64,000 nt of DNA from Vicinamibacterales bacterium (GTDB lineage: Bacteria; Acidobacteriota; Vicinamibacteria; Vicinamibacterales; Vicinamibacteraceae). Within the stretch, counting starts at the first letter, position 1. Every line of letters begins with the position of its first letter. Positions 51,744-60,538 of the stretch are shown here, in pieces. Both the position numbers and the translations under genes were made by a program. The notes under the pieces are model-generated. The model made no database searches. It was not told the DNA's origin and saw nothing but the letters and a program-made list of their open reading frames with translations. Location: assembly GCA_963721565.1 (NCBI GenBank), contig CAVRKP010000007.1:155608-219607 (forward strand), read 5' to 3'.

Positions 51744-52674
51744 GTGGCCAACCAGCTCGAGCAGCGGCTCGGTGCCGGCCGCGTGACGATCGACGCGCCG
51801 CTGGCGCCGCTCACGACCTTCAAGGTCGGCGGCGCCGCCGATCTGCTGCTCGAGGCGAAGACCGAAGACGAGCTGGTCGCGGCGATCGGCATCGCGCGTC
51901 AGGCCGGCCTCGCCGGTCACGCCGCTCGGCGGCGGGTCGAACGTCCTCATCGGCGACGGCGGCGTCCGCGGCCTCGTCGTGCTGGTCCGCGATCGCAGCG
52001 TCGCGCGCGAGGACGCGACCGGCGTCCGCGCCGGCGCCGGCCTCACCATCAACGGCCTGGTCCGCTGGCTGGTGGGGCAGGGCCTGGCCGGCCTCGAGGC
52101 CTGGGCCGGGACGCCCGGGACGGTCGGCGGCGCGCTGCATGGCAACGCGCACTTCAAGGGCGTGAACATCGGCGATCTGGTGCGCGACGTGCGGGTGCTC
52201 GATCGGCAGGGCGCCCTGCGGACGCTGCCGGCGGCCGCGATGGCGTTCGGCTACGACAGCAGCCGCCTGCAGACGTCCGGCGAGATCGCGGTCTCCGCGG
52301 TCTTCACGGTGACCGACCGGCGAGCCCGAGGCGCTGCGGGCCGTCGCGCGCGCCTCGCTGGCCTACCGCAAGCGCACCCAGCCGCTCGACGTGCCGAGCG
52401 CCGGCTGCATCTTCCAGAACCCCGACCCGGCCCGCGACCGGTGCCCGACGGCATCCCCTGGTCGGCCGGGGCGCTCGTCGATCGCGCCGGCCTCAAGGGC
52501 GCCCGCCAAGGCGGCGCGCAGGTGTCGCCGCTGCACGGCAACTTCATCGTCCGCGACGGCGCCAGCACCGCTCGCGAGATCCGCGCCCTGGTCGAGCGCT
52601 GCCAGCAGGGCGTCGCCGAGCGCTTCGGCGTCCGGCTGCGCCAGGAAATCGTTTACCTCGGCGAGTTCGACTGA
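51744..52674 (+). CDS. murB: UDP-N-acetylenolpyruvoylglucosamine reductase MurB, frameshifted (about 4 breaks: ~51915, ~52320, ~52440)
   Basis: APLAPLTTFKVGGAADLL, PLGGGSNVLIGDGGVRGLVV, GLEAWAGTPGTVGGALHGNA, AMAFGYDSSRL, PSAGCIFQNP, SAGALVDRAGLKGARQGGAQVSPLHGNFIV. Confidence 0.88.
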
Positions 52675-52704
52675 CCCGGCGTCAGGCCTGCTGCGTACAC
52701 CACC

Positions 52705-53966
52705 ATGTCCACCCTCCTCATCGAAGGCGGCCGGAAGCTCTCCGGCCGCATCACCGTCGACGGCAACAAGAACTCGGCGCTGCCGCTGGTCGCGGCCTGC
52801 CTCCTCAGCGAGGAGACCGTGCCGCCTCGAGAACGTGCCGCGCATCTCCGACATCCGCGTGATGGCCGACCTGCTGACCGGCGTCGGGGCGCGGGTCAGC
52901 GGCCTGGGCACGCCGACCATCGAGATTTCGACCCCCAAGGTCACCAGCGACACGCCGGATCCGAAGCTGGTCGGCCGGCTGCGCGGCTCGGTGCTCCTGA
53001 TGGGGCCGCTGCTCGCGCGCACCGGGCGCGTGTGCCTGGCGCCGCCCGGCGGCGACTTCCCGACGCGGCGGACGATCGCGACGCACGTCCAGGCGCTGGT
53101 CGCGCTCGGGGCGCGCGTCGACCTCGGAGTCGGGCTACGAGCTCGAGGCGCCGGACGGACTGAAGGGCGCGTCGTTCTACCTCGACGAGGCGTCGGTCAC
53201 CGGCACCGAGACGGCGCTGCTCGCCGCCGCGGCGGCGGACGGCACGACCGAGATCCGCCACGCCGCCACCGAGCCGCACGTCGTCGAGCTGTGCGAGTTC
53301 CTGCAGGCGATGGGCGTGCCGATCGAAGGCGCGGGCACCTCGACGATCCGGATCGAAGGGCGCACGACGCGCAAGGGGGCCACGCACCGGCTGCACGGCG
53401 ACTACATCGAGGCCGGCAGCTGGGCGGTGGTCGCCGCGATCACCGGCGGCACCGCCGAGGTCCGCGGGGTGCGGGCCGTCGACATGGAGCCGATCACCGC
53501 CGTGCTGCAGCGGATGAAGCTGAACGTCGAGCTGGAATCGGACGGCTTCACGGTCCACGAATCGCGCGTCGAGGCCATCAGCCGCCTGACGACCGGCCTG
53601 TGGCCCGGCTTTCCGAGCGACATGGTCAGCCTGGTCACCGTGCTGGCGACCCAGGCCGAAGGGGACACCCTGATCCACGACTGGATGTACGAGCTGCGTC
53701 TCTTCGCGCTCGAGCAGTTGTCGGGGATGCGCGCCGACCTGTTCCTCTGCGACCCGCACCGCATCGTCGTGTCAGGGCCGACCAAGCTTCGCGGCCGGGC
53801 CCTCGACAGCCGCGACCTGCGGTCGGGCATGGCCCTGATCGCCGCGGCGCTGGCGGCGGAAGGCAAGAGCACGCTGGGGCCGCTCGAGACCGTGGAGCGC
53901 GGCTACACGGACGTCGTGGCGCGGCTGAAGTCGCTGGGCGCGGCCGTCGACGTCGCGCCGAGCTGA
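52705..53966 (+). CDS. murA: UDP-N-acetylglucosamine 1-carboxyvinyltransferase MurA, frameshifted (two +1 breaks: ~52830, ~53135)
   Basis: MSTLLIEGGRKLSGRITVDGNKNSALPLVAACLL, LENVPRISDIRVMADLL, RGSVLLMGPLLAR, PGGDFPTRRTIATHV, SVTGTETALLAAAAADGTTEIRHAATEPHVVELCEFL, GDYIEAGSW, FPSDMVSLVTVLATQAEG, DLRSGMALIAAALAAEG, RGYTDVVARL. Confidence 0.92.
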
Positions 53967-54133
53967 CGAGGCTCGTACCGTCAGCGTCTGCGGACCCCTG
54001 GAGGCACCGCGTGCGGCTCGGTATTCCTGTCGCGATCGGACGGCTGCGCCGGTCAGCGCGCTCCGGCCGCGATGCGCGACAGCAACGGCGCACCTGCGTG
54101 CGCCGTCGGTCGTGAGCCTCCCGCGCGCGATAC

Positions 54134-56076
54134 TCAGTGCTCGCGTGACCGGCGCTCGACGCAGGTCGGCGCGCGCCGACCGTGGCGCGCTGCTGAACTC
54201 ACTCGGCGGGCGAGAGGTCGGCGACGGCGGCGTGTCGTCGGCGGCAGCTGCGGGCGCGTCGCCGGGGGGCTGGCTGGCCGGACCTGCCCGGGCGGCCCGG
54301 TCGGCGTGCCGGGCGGGAAGATGCCGGCCGGAGGGGCGTCGTCGTCCTGCGGCGGGGCGGCCGGCAGCGGCTGCGCCACCGGCAAGGGCAGTTCGTAGAC
54401 GCCGCCGCTCGCATCGCGCCCGACGCGGAACGGGCGCAGGTCGTCGATCGCCAGGTCGAGGACGCGGACGATGCGCGGCGTCAGCATCAGCACGATGTCG
54501 GTCTGCTTGGTTTCGCGCTTCGAGTGCCCGAACAGGCGTCCGATGATCGGGATGTCGCTCAAGCCCGGGGATCCCTTCCAGCGTCGTCCGCTCCTCGTCG
54601 CGGATGAGACCGGCGAGCAGGTTGGTCTCGCCGTCGCGCAGCCGGATGGTCGTCTCGATGTAGCGCGTGCCGAACGTCGGCAGGTTGTTGAACCCGACGC
54701 CCGACAGGCTGCTCACTTCGAGCTTCAGCCGCAGCGAGATGTCGTCGTCGTGGTGCAGTCGCGGCGTGAGCTCGATGTTCACGCCGACGGTGCGGTAGGT
54801 GAACGACGTGATCGGCTGCTGGTTGACGCCGCCCGAGGCGAGCGGCGTGAAGGTCACGCTCGGCACCGGCACGTCCTCACCGAAGCGCGCCGACGACGCC
54901 ACGCCGTCCGACGTCCGCAGGTGCGGATTGGCCAGCGTGCGCGTGTTGCCGTCGGTCTTGATCAGCCGGTAGTAGAGCCCGGGCAGGCCGGACACGAACA
55001 GATCGGACGACGTCAACGACCGCACGCCGCGGACCGTCAGGTCGCTGCGGTTGGCGTCGATCCCGCCGTCGATGCCGAACGACCCCGGCGAGGCGATCTG
55101 CAGGCCGTACTCGTGCATCCGCGAGCGATCGACCTCGAGCAGCTCGACGTCGATGACGACCTCGGCGCGCGCCTTGTCGATGGCCCTGATCACCTTGGCG
55201 GCGGCGGCGATCTTGTCCGGCGTGTCCTTGATGGCGATGGCGTTGACGCCGGCGACCGGCGACAGGCGCCGGTTGTCGACGACCAGGCGCAGCAGGTCGA
55301 GCGTCTCCTTGACGTCGGCGTTGCTGAGGAAGAACGTGCGGATGACCTCGTCCTCGTACTCGCGGCGCTTGGCCGGGGTGTCGGGGATGATCGTGATCGT
55401 CTTGGCCGCCGAGATCTTGTAGAAGTTGCGGGTGCTGGCCGTGACCGCCTGCAGGGCGTCCTCGAGCGACGTCTTGCGCAGGTCGACGGTGAGGTTCTGG
55501 TCGCGGAACTGCGGATCGAAGACGACGTTGATCTGGGCGAAGTGGCCGATCGCGGTGAGGATGTCGCGGACGCTGGCGTTGCGGAAGACCAGGGAGTCGG
55601 CCAGCGTCACGTCCGCTGGGCAGATCGAGCCCGTCCGGCTGCAGATCGGCGGCGCTCTCGATCAGCGACTGCAGGCGCGTCTTGCCGTCGGTGCGCACCG
55701 CCAGCTTGGCCCGCAGCTGCGCTCGCAGGTCGCGGAGCCGGGCGTCGATGTCGCCGCTGGCCGGGTTGAGCTCGCCGGCAATCTGCAGCTCGATCAGCGC
55801 TTCCTCGAGCTTGCCGGTCCCGGCCAGGTGCCGCGCGCGTTGATCGTGGTAGGCCGCGGCGCGGAGCTTGGCGCGTTGCAGCGCCGTGCGCGCCGAGACG
55901 TCGTCGGGCCGGGCGCGCAGCGCTTTCTCGTACTCGACGACGGCTCGGTCGAAGTCCTCGATCCGTTCGGCGGCCCTGCCGGCGCGCATGCTCGAGGTCG
56001 AGGCGCAGCCCGAGAGCGCGACCAGCGAGCAGCCCCGCCCCCGCGGCCGCCACGACGCGGCGCAGGCGCGCGTCAC
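54134..56076 (-). CDS. secretin (type II/IV secretion outer-membrane channel, GspD/PilQ family) with an N-terminal lipoprotein-like signal and a TPR-like segment; frameshifted (breaks near 55615 and 54560; C-terminal end uncertain)
   Basis: GTG 56076-56074 overlaps the lolA-like stop (GTGA). The signal is LVALSGCAS. The TPR-like part is FDRAVVEYEKALRARPDDVSARTALQRAKLRAAAYH...GKLEEALIELQIAGELNP. The N0-like part is LVFRNASVRDILTAIGHFAQINVVFDPQF. The secretin domain is TRTLANPHLRTSDGVASSARFGEDVPVP...GVNIELTPRLHHDDDISLRLKLEVSSL...IRLRDGETNLLAGLIRDEE...GIPGLSDIPIIGRLFGHSKRETKQTDIVLMLTPRIV. Confidence 0.8.
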
Positions 56077-56817
56077 TCCTGCGCGACAACGTCGGCTCCC
56101 TTGGGGATCGTGAAGGCGAAGCGCGTATCGGCCAGGCCGACGTTTTCCTTCAGCTTGCTGAACACGAACGTCGACGTGCCGCCCTGGCCGTCGCGGGCGA
56201 TCAGCATGCGCAGGCCGAGCGTGGCGCGATCGACGACCAGGGTGAGGCGGTCGTAGTCGGGCACCGCGGTCTTCGGCACCAGCGCGAGCGCGACGCTGTC
56301 GGCCGGCGCGCCGGGCACCGGCGCCCGGCAGCGACGGCGTGAAGTCGCGCGCCAGCTGGCCGCGGCCGAGAAGAAAGAGGATCGGCGTCGCCGGGGCGTC
56401 GTCGGCCGGCAGCGCACTCACCGTGACCTGCCGATCGGCCGGCACCCAGGCGTAGATCTTGCGGCCGTCGGCGACGAACAGCTTCTCTTCCGGCGTCTTG
56501 TATTCCCAGCGCATGCGGCCGGGCTTCTTGACCAGCAGCGTGCCCGATTCGGTGGTCTTGCGGCGCAGGACCCCGCCCTCGTAGGTCTGGGTGAAGTCGG
56601 CGGTGAAGTCCTTGATGGCGTCGTAGCGGGCCTGCAGGCGGGCGGCCAGGGCGGACGCGGATTCGGCCGGGCCGGCCGCCGGGCCAGGCGCCGGCGCCTG
56701 GGACGGCGCCCGCACCGTCGCCTGGGCGCGGGGCATCGCCACCGCGATCGCGAAGGCCAGCGGAGCCATCGCGACGGCCAGCGCGCGGCGGAAGGAGCGG
56801 TGACGGGCGGAATTCAT
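56073..56817 (-). CDS. LolA-like outer-membrane lipoprotein carrier family protein, one frame break near 56330
   Basis: The signal peptide is MNSARHRSFRRALAVAMAPLAFAIAVAMPRAQA. It continues LQARYDAIKDFTADFTQTYEGGVLRRKTTESGTLLVKKPGRMRWEYKTPEEKLFVADGRKIYAWVPADRQVTV...PILFLLGRGQLARDF, and after the break LVPKTAVPDYDRLTLVVDRATLGLRMLIARDGQGGTSTFVFSKLKENVGL. Confidence 0.7.
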
Positions 56818-56875
56818 CGGCTGAAGGATGCTACACCAGCGACCCGGCGCCCGGATGTATCGCGCCGGACCGCCG

Positions 56876-58637
56876 CTAGCCTCGCCGCCGCTTGTCGGCG
56901 ATGAAGGCGCGGACGGCGTCGAGCGGCCTGGCGTTGAGGACGTGTCGGGCCTCGACCCCGCCGCGGGCGGCCGTGCCGACGCCCATCCGCATCTGGCGGC
57001 CGAGCCGTTCGGCGAAGTGGCCGTCGCTGTCGACGACCACCGTCGCTCCTGTTTCGACGGCCTGTCGCGCCAGATGGCCGTCCAGGTCCAGGTGGCCGGG
57101 CGCGCCATCGACCTCCACGGCGGTGCCGGTCTCGCGCGCCGCCGTGAAGAAGCGCGCCCAATCGAGCGCATACCCGTTGGCCCGGCCCGGCGTCCGGTTG
57201 GCCGGATGCGTGACGATGCTGACCAGCGGGTGAGCCATCGCCCCCAGGTAGCGCGCCAGCAGGCGATCCGGCGGCTGGCCGGCGGCGTCGTGCAGCGAGG
57301 CGAGCACGATGTCGAGGCCGGCCATCACCGCGTCCGGCAGGTCGAGGCTGCCGTCGGGCAGGATGTCCACCTCGCACCCGTGCAGGATGGTCAGCTCCGG
57401 GTAGGCTGGCGCGCAGCGCCTCGATTTCCCTGGCCTGCTGGACGATGCCATCGAGGGACAGCGTGCGGCTCGCCTTCGACGTCGGCGAGTGATCGGTGAT
57501 GGCGAGGTAGCGGTAGCCGAGCGCCCGCGCCGAGCGGAGGACGGCCTCGGTCGAGTCGCGGCCGTCGCTCCACAGCGTGTGCGTGTGCAGGTCGCCCTGG
57601 ATGTCGGCGAGCGCGACGCGCGCGGTGGGAACGCGCCGCGTTCGGCGAGCGCGATTTCATCGCGTGCCGTGCCGCCGCTCCGGCGGGATCCACGGCAGAT
57701 CGAGGGCCGCGTAGAGGTCGGCCTCGACGCGGCCGTGCCGACGTGCGTCCCGTCGTCCCGCACGAGCGCCGACGGCGTCAGGCGCAGGCCGCGGGCGCGC
57801 GCGCGCTCGGCGAGCTGCGCGACGTGGCCGCGCGAGCCGTTGTAGTGGAGCAGCGCCGCACCGAGGCTGTCGTCCGACACGGCCCGCAGCGTGATCTCCT
57901 CGCCGTCCCACGCGAAGGTGACCGCGTCCCGGCTGCGCCAGCGGACATCGGCGTCGGGCAGGCTGCGGCCGAACGCCGCCACCGACGCGCGCGCGTCGCC
58001 GCCCGACGGCGAGCACCAGCAGGTCGCCGACGGTCGGCTCGAAGCGGCGCAGGGCGCCGGTCGCATGCAGCGTCAGCGACGGCTGGGCCCGGCTCGATCG
58101 CCGCGGCGAGCAGATCGACGGCGCCGAGGGCGCGGCCCAGGTTCAGGCGCGACTGGCCGGCGCGGATGTCGGCGAGACTCGCCGCGATCCGGTCCGGCGC
58201 GTGGTCGTGCCACGCCGCGACGAGATCCGCGGCGACGTGCACACCGGCGTCCGCCAGCGCCGCGGGATCGATGCCGGCGGCCCGGGCGATGCCGGCGATA
58301 TCGCGCGGCAACGTCGCTTCGACGGCCGCCAGCGCCGCGGTCGGCCCGGCGCTGGCGATGGCGGCCAGCTGTGGCGCGATCGCGGGATTGAATGTCTGCG
58401 ACGGATCGGCGAGCGCCGCCTTGAGGGCCTTGGGCGTCAGCGTCGCCGGCGTGCGTCGCGGCCTCGGCCAGGGCCGCGGCCGCCGGTCGCGTCACCGCGC
58501 AGGGCCGCGATGCGGGAGAGCTGGACCAGGGCGCCGGCGACGGCGTCGGGGGAGGGCAGTCGGTTCCGAAAAATCAGACGGTCTCCGGTCGGTGGCCGCG
58601 CGCGGCGGCGAAGGTGGGCGACTAGTTGAGCGAGCAC
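56876..58637 (-). CDS. second PolX-family protein (degenerate Pol-beta-like domain + PHP domain), heavily frameshifted (at least 8 breaks; start approximate)
   Basis: Recovered pieces: LPSPDAVAGALVQLSRIAALRG, LPRDIAGIARAAGIDPAALADAG, TGALRRFEPTVGDLLVL (the canonical motif is GDIDIL), EEITLRAVSDDSLGAALLHYNGSRGHVAQLAERARARGLRL. The PHP motifs are IQGDLHTHTLWSDGRDS, YLAITDHSP, LHGCEVDILPDG, LASLHD, IVTHPANR and VVDSDGH. Stop at 56876. Confidence 0.65.
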
Positions 58638-58851
58638 GAGCCGGCGCCGCGCGGGTCGCCGCAGCTGCCGCAGGGGCCGGGCGCCGCCTGCGCATCGCGC
58701 TGGCGCCTCCGCCGGTGCTCACCGCGAAGGTCGAGAGCTCGCGGGCCAGCGTCTCGCTGCCGCAGGTCGGACAGGCCGGCGTCTCCGCCCCGCGCACCAG
58801 GGTCTCGAACCGGTGCGCACAGGCCTCGCAGCGATACTCGTAGATGGGCAT
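58622..58851 (-). CDS. FmdB-family (CxxC_CxxC_SSSS) zinc-ribbon regulatory protein, one frame break near 58700
   Basis: MPIYEYRCEACAHRFETLVRGAETPACPTCGSETLARELSTFAVSTGGGA, then in the next frame the typical Cys/Gly tail PGPCGSCGDPRGAGSCSLN. Stop at TAG 58624-58622. Confidence 0.8.
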
Positions 58852-58914
58852 AGGCGTCCCAAGTATAGCGAGCCAGCCGGCCACGCCGGGAGCCGGCGCA
58901 GTGCCGCGCGACGA

Positions 58915-59098
58915 AGCGGCGACGAATCAGCTGCGGCTCGCTGAAAGGGCTGCGCCCGCGCCGGCGCGTGAGAGCCCGGCGCACACGCGTCGCAGCCCCG
59001 CGAGCCGCGCCGTCGCCGCGACGGCGTAGGAGCGGCGACGAATCAGCGCGGCGACTCGCTGAAAGGGCTGCCGGCGCCGGCCGTGAGAGCCCGGCGCA
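58915..59098. repeat. two direct copies (~69 bp, ~85% identical, 116-bp period) of a GC-rich element immediately 3' of tRNA-Ala
   Basis: Copy 1 (58915-58983) is AGCGGCGACGAATCAGCTGCGGCTCGCTGAAAGGGCTGCGCCCGCGCCGGCGCGTGAGAGCCCGGCGCA. Copy 2 (59031-59098) is AGCGGCGACGAATCAGCGCGGCGACTCGCTGAAAGGGCTGCCGGCGCCGGCCGTGAGAGCCCGGCGCA. Copy 2 ends 6 nt from the tRNA 3' end. Confidence 0.7.
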
Positions 59099-59104
59099 AA
59101 CATA

Positions 59105-59180
59105 TGGTGGACGGCACGAGGATCGAACTCGTGACCTCAGCGTTGCGAACGCTGCGCTCTCCCAGCTGAGCTAGCCGCCC
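59105..59180 (-). tRNA. tRNA-Ala (anticodon CGC), CCA encoded
   Basis: The reverse complement is GGGCGGCTAGCTCAGCTGGGAGAGCGCAGCGTTCGCAACGCTGAGGTCACGAGTTCGATCCTCGTGCCGTCCACCA. It folds as a cloverleaf with the G3:U70 alanine identity pair, anticodon loop TTCGCAA and T-loop TTCGATC. Length 76 nt. Confidence 0.95.
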
Positions 59181-59246
59181 ACGAAGAGGGTGTCGCCGGA
59201 CGTTGCAGCCCCGTCCGAGGGCCGTCATCGGCGCGACAAGACGGGC

Positions 59247-59276
59247 AGTGTAGCATCCGGCCGACATTGTTCGCAA
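59247..59276 (-). promoter_or_regulatory. possible promoter of tRNA-Ala (TTGCGA-N18-TACACT)
   Basis: On the minus strand, TTGCGA (59276-59271), an 18-nt spacer, then TACACT (59252-59247), about 66 nt upstream of the tRNA 5' end. This is a sequence match only. Confidence 0.3.
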
Positions 59277-59382
59277 CCCTCAGGCGGGACAGACATTTCT
59301 GTCCGATTGGCCCGGGGCGAGCGACCACTTCGGATGCTATACTTCAGGTCGATTTCAGACGACGCGGCTCCGCCATCGGTCT

Positions 59383-60504
59383 ATGCGGCGGGCCCTGAAG
59401 ACACTCACTATGAAAACGATTCGGCGCATCGGAGTACTGACCGGCGGCGGCGACGCCCCGGGGTTGAACGCGGTCATTCGCGCCGTGGTCAAGTCGGCCC
59501 ACAATCACGGCATCGCCTGCCTCGGTCTCGAGGACAGCTTCGACGGCCTCATCGAGCCGAACCGGCACCGCGTCCTGACGCCGAAGGATGTCACCGGCAT
59601 CCTGCGGGTCGGCGGCACCATCCTCGGCACGGTCAACCGCGGCAATCCGTTCCTCTACCCGATCGAAACGAGCGACGGCAAGCGCGACTACTCGCAGCGC
59701 TGCATCGACATGTTCCACCAGCTGGGCCTCGACGGCCTGGTGGTGATCGGCGGCGACGGCACGCTGGCCATCGCGCACGAGTTCGCCAAGCGCGGCATCC
59801 CGCTCGTCGGCGTGCCGAAGACGATCGACAACGACATCGTCGAGACGACCAACTGCTTCGGCTTCGACACGGCGGTCAGCTTCGCGACCGACGCCATCGA
59901 TCGCCTGCACACGACGGCCGAAGCGCACCATCGCATCATGGTGGCCGAGGTGATGGGCCGCTACGCCGGCTGGATCGCCCTGCACGCCGGCGTCGCCGGC
60001 GGCGCCGACGCCATCCTGATCCCCGAGATTCCCTACGACATCGAGCTGGTCGCCGAGCGGGTCATGGCCCGCGAGAAGTGGGGCGCGAGCTTCTCGATCG
60101 TCGTCGTCGCCGAGGGCGCGATGCCCAAGGACGGCAAGCGGCACCTGATTCAGGAAGCGCACGGCGGCAACGTCGAGCGCCTCGGCGGCGCGGCGGCCGC
60201 GGTGTCGTCGCAGCTCGGCAAGCTGACCGGCAAGGAGACGCGCAGCGTCGTCCTCGGCCACCTGCAGCGCGGCGGCGCCCCGACCAGCTTCGACCGCGTC
60301 CTGGCGTCGCGCTTCGGCGGCAAGGCCGTGCAGCTGCTGATCGACGGCGACGTCGACAAGATGGTGGCGTTCCACCCGCCGGACATCGTCGGCGTGCCGC
60401 TCGAGAGCATCGTCGGCCGCACCAGGAACGTCCCGCTCGACAGCGATCTCGTCGCCACCGCGCGCGCCCTCGGCGTGAGCTTCGGCGACGACGTGCCGGT
60501 CTAG
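59383..60504 (+). CDS. pfkA: 6-phosphofructokinase (ATP- or PPi-dependent cannot be told by eye); intact (start 59383 or ATG 59410)
   Basis: RIGVLTGGGDAPGLNAVIRAVV...GGTILGT...LVVIGGDGTLAIA...VGVPKTIDNDI...FGFDTA...IMVAEVMGRYAGWIAL...VVLGHLQRGG. Confidence 0.92.
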   Translation: MRRALKTLTMKTIRRIGVLTGGGDAPGLNAVIRAVVKSAHNHGIACLGLEDSFDGLIEPNRHRVLTPKDVTGILRVGGTILGTVNRGNPFLYPIETSDGKRDYSQRCIDMFHQLGLDGLVVIGGDGTLAIAHEFAKRGIPLVGVPKTIDNDIVETTNCFGFDTAVSFATDAIDRLHTTAEAHHRIMVAEVMGRYAGWIALHAGVAGGADAILIPEIPYDIELVAERVMAREKWGASFSIVVVAEGAMPKDGKRHLIQEAHGGNVERLGGAAAAVSSQLGKLTGKETRSVVLGHLQRGGAPTSFDRVLASRFGGKAVQLLIDGDVDKMVAFHPPDIVGVPLESIVGRTRNVPLDSDLVATARALGVSFGDDVPV

Positions 60505-60538
60505 CGTCCGGACGCGCGCGGTCCTCCCGGATCGCGCG

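Noticed and set aside
58855-59400. The tRNA-Ala flank as an integration site of a genomic island or prophage.
   Set aside because: No integrase, excisionase, phage or transposase gene lies on either side. The flanking genes (FmdB zinc ribbon, pfkA) are ordinary, and the direct repeats do not duplicate the tRNA 3' end as att sites would. The slightly lower GC upstream of pfkA is ordinary promoter-region composition.
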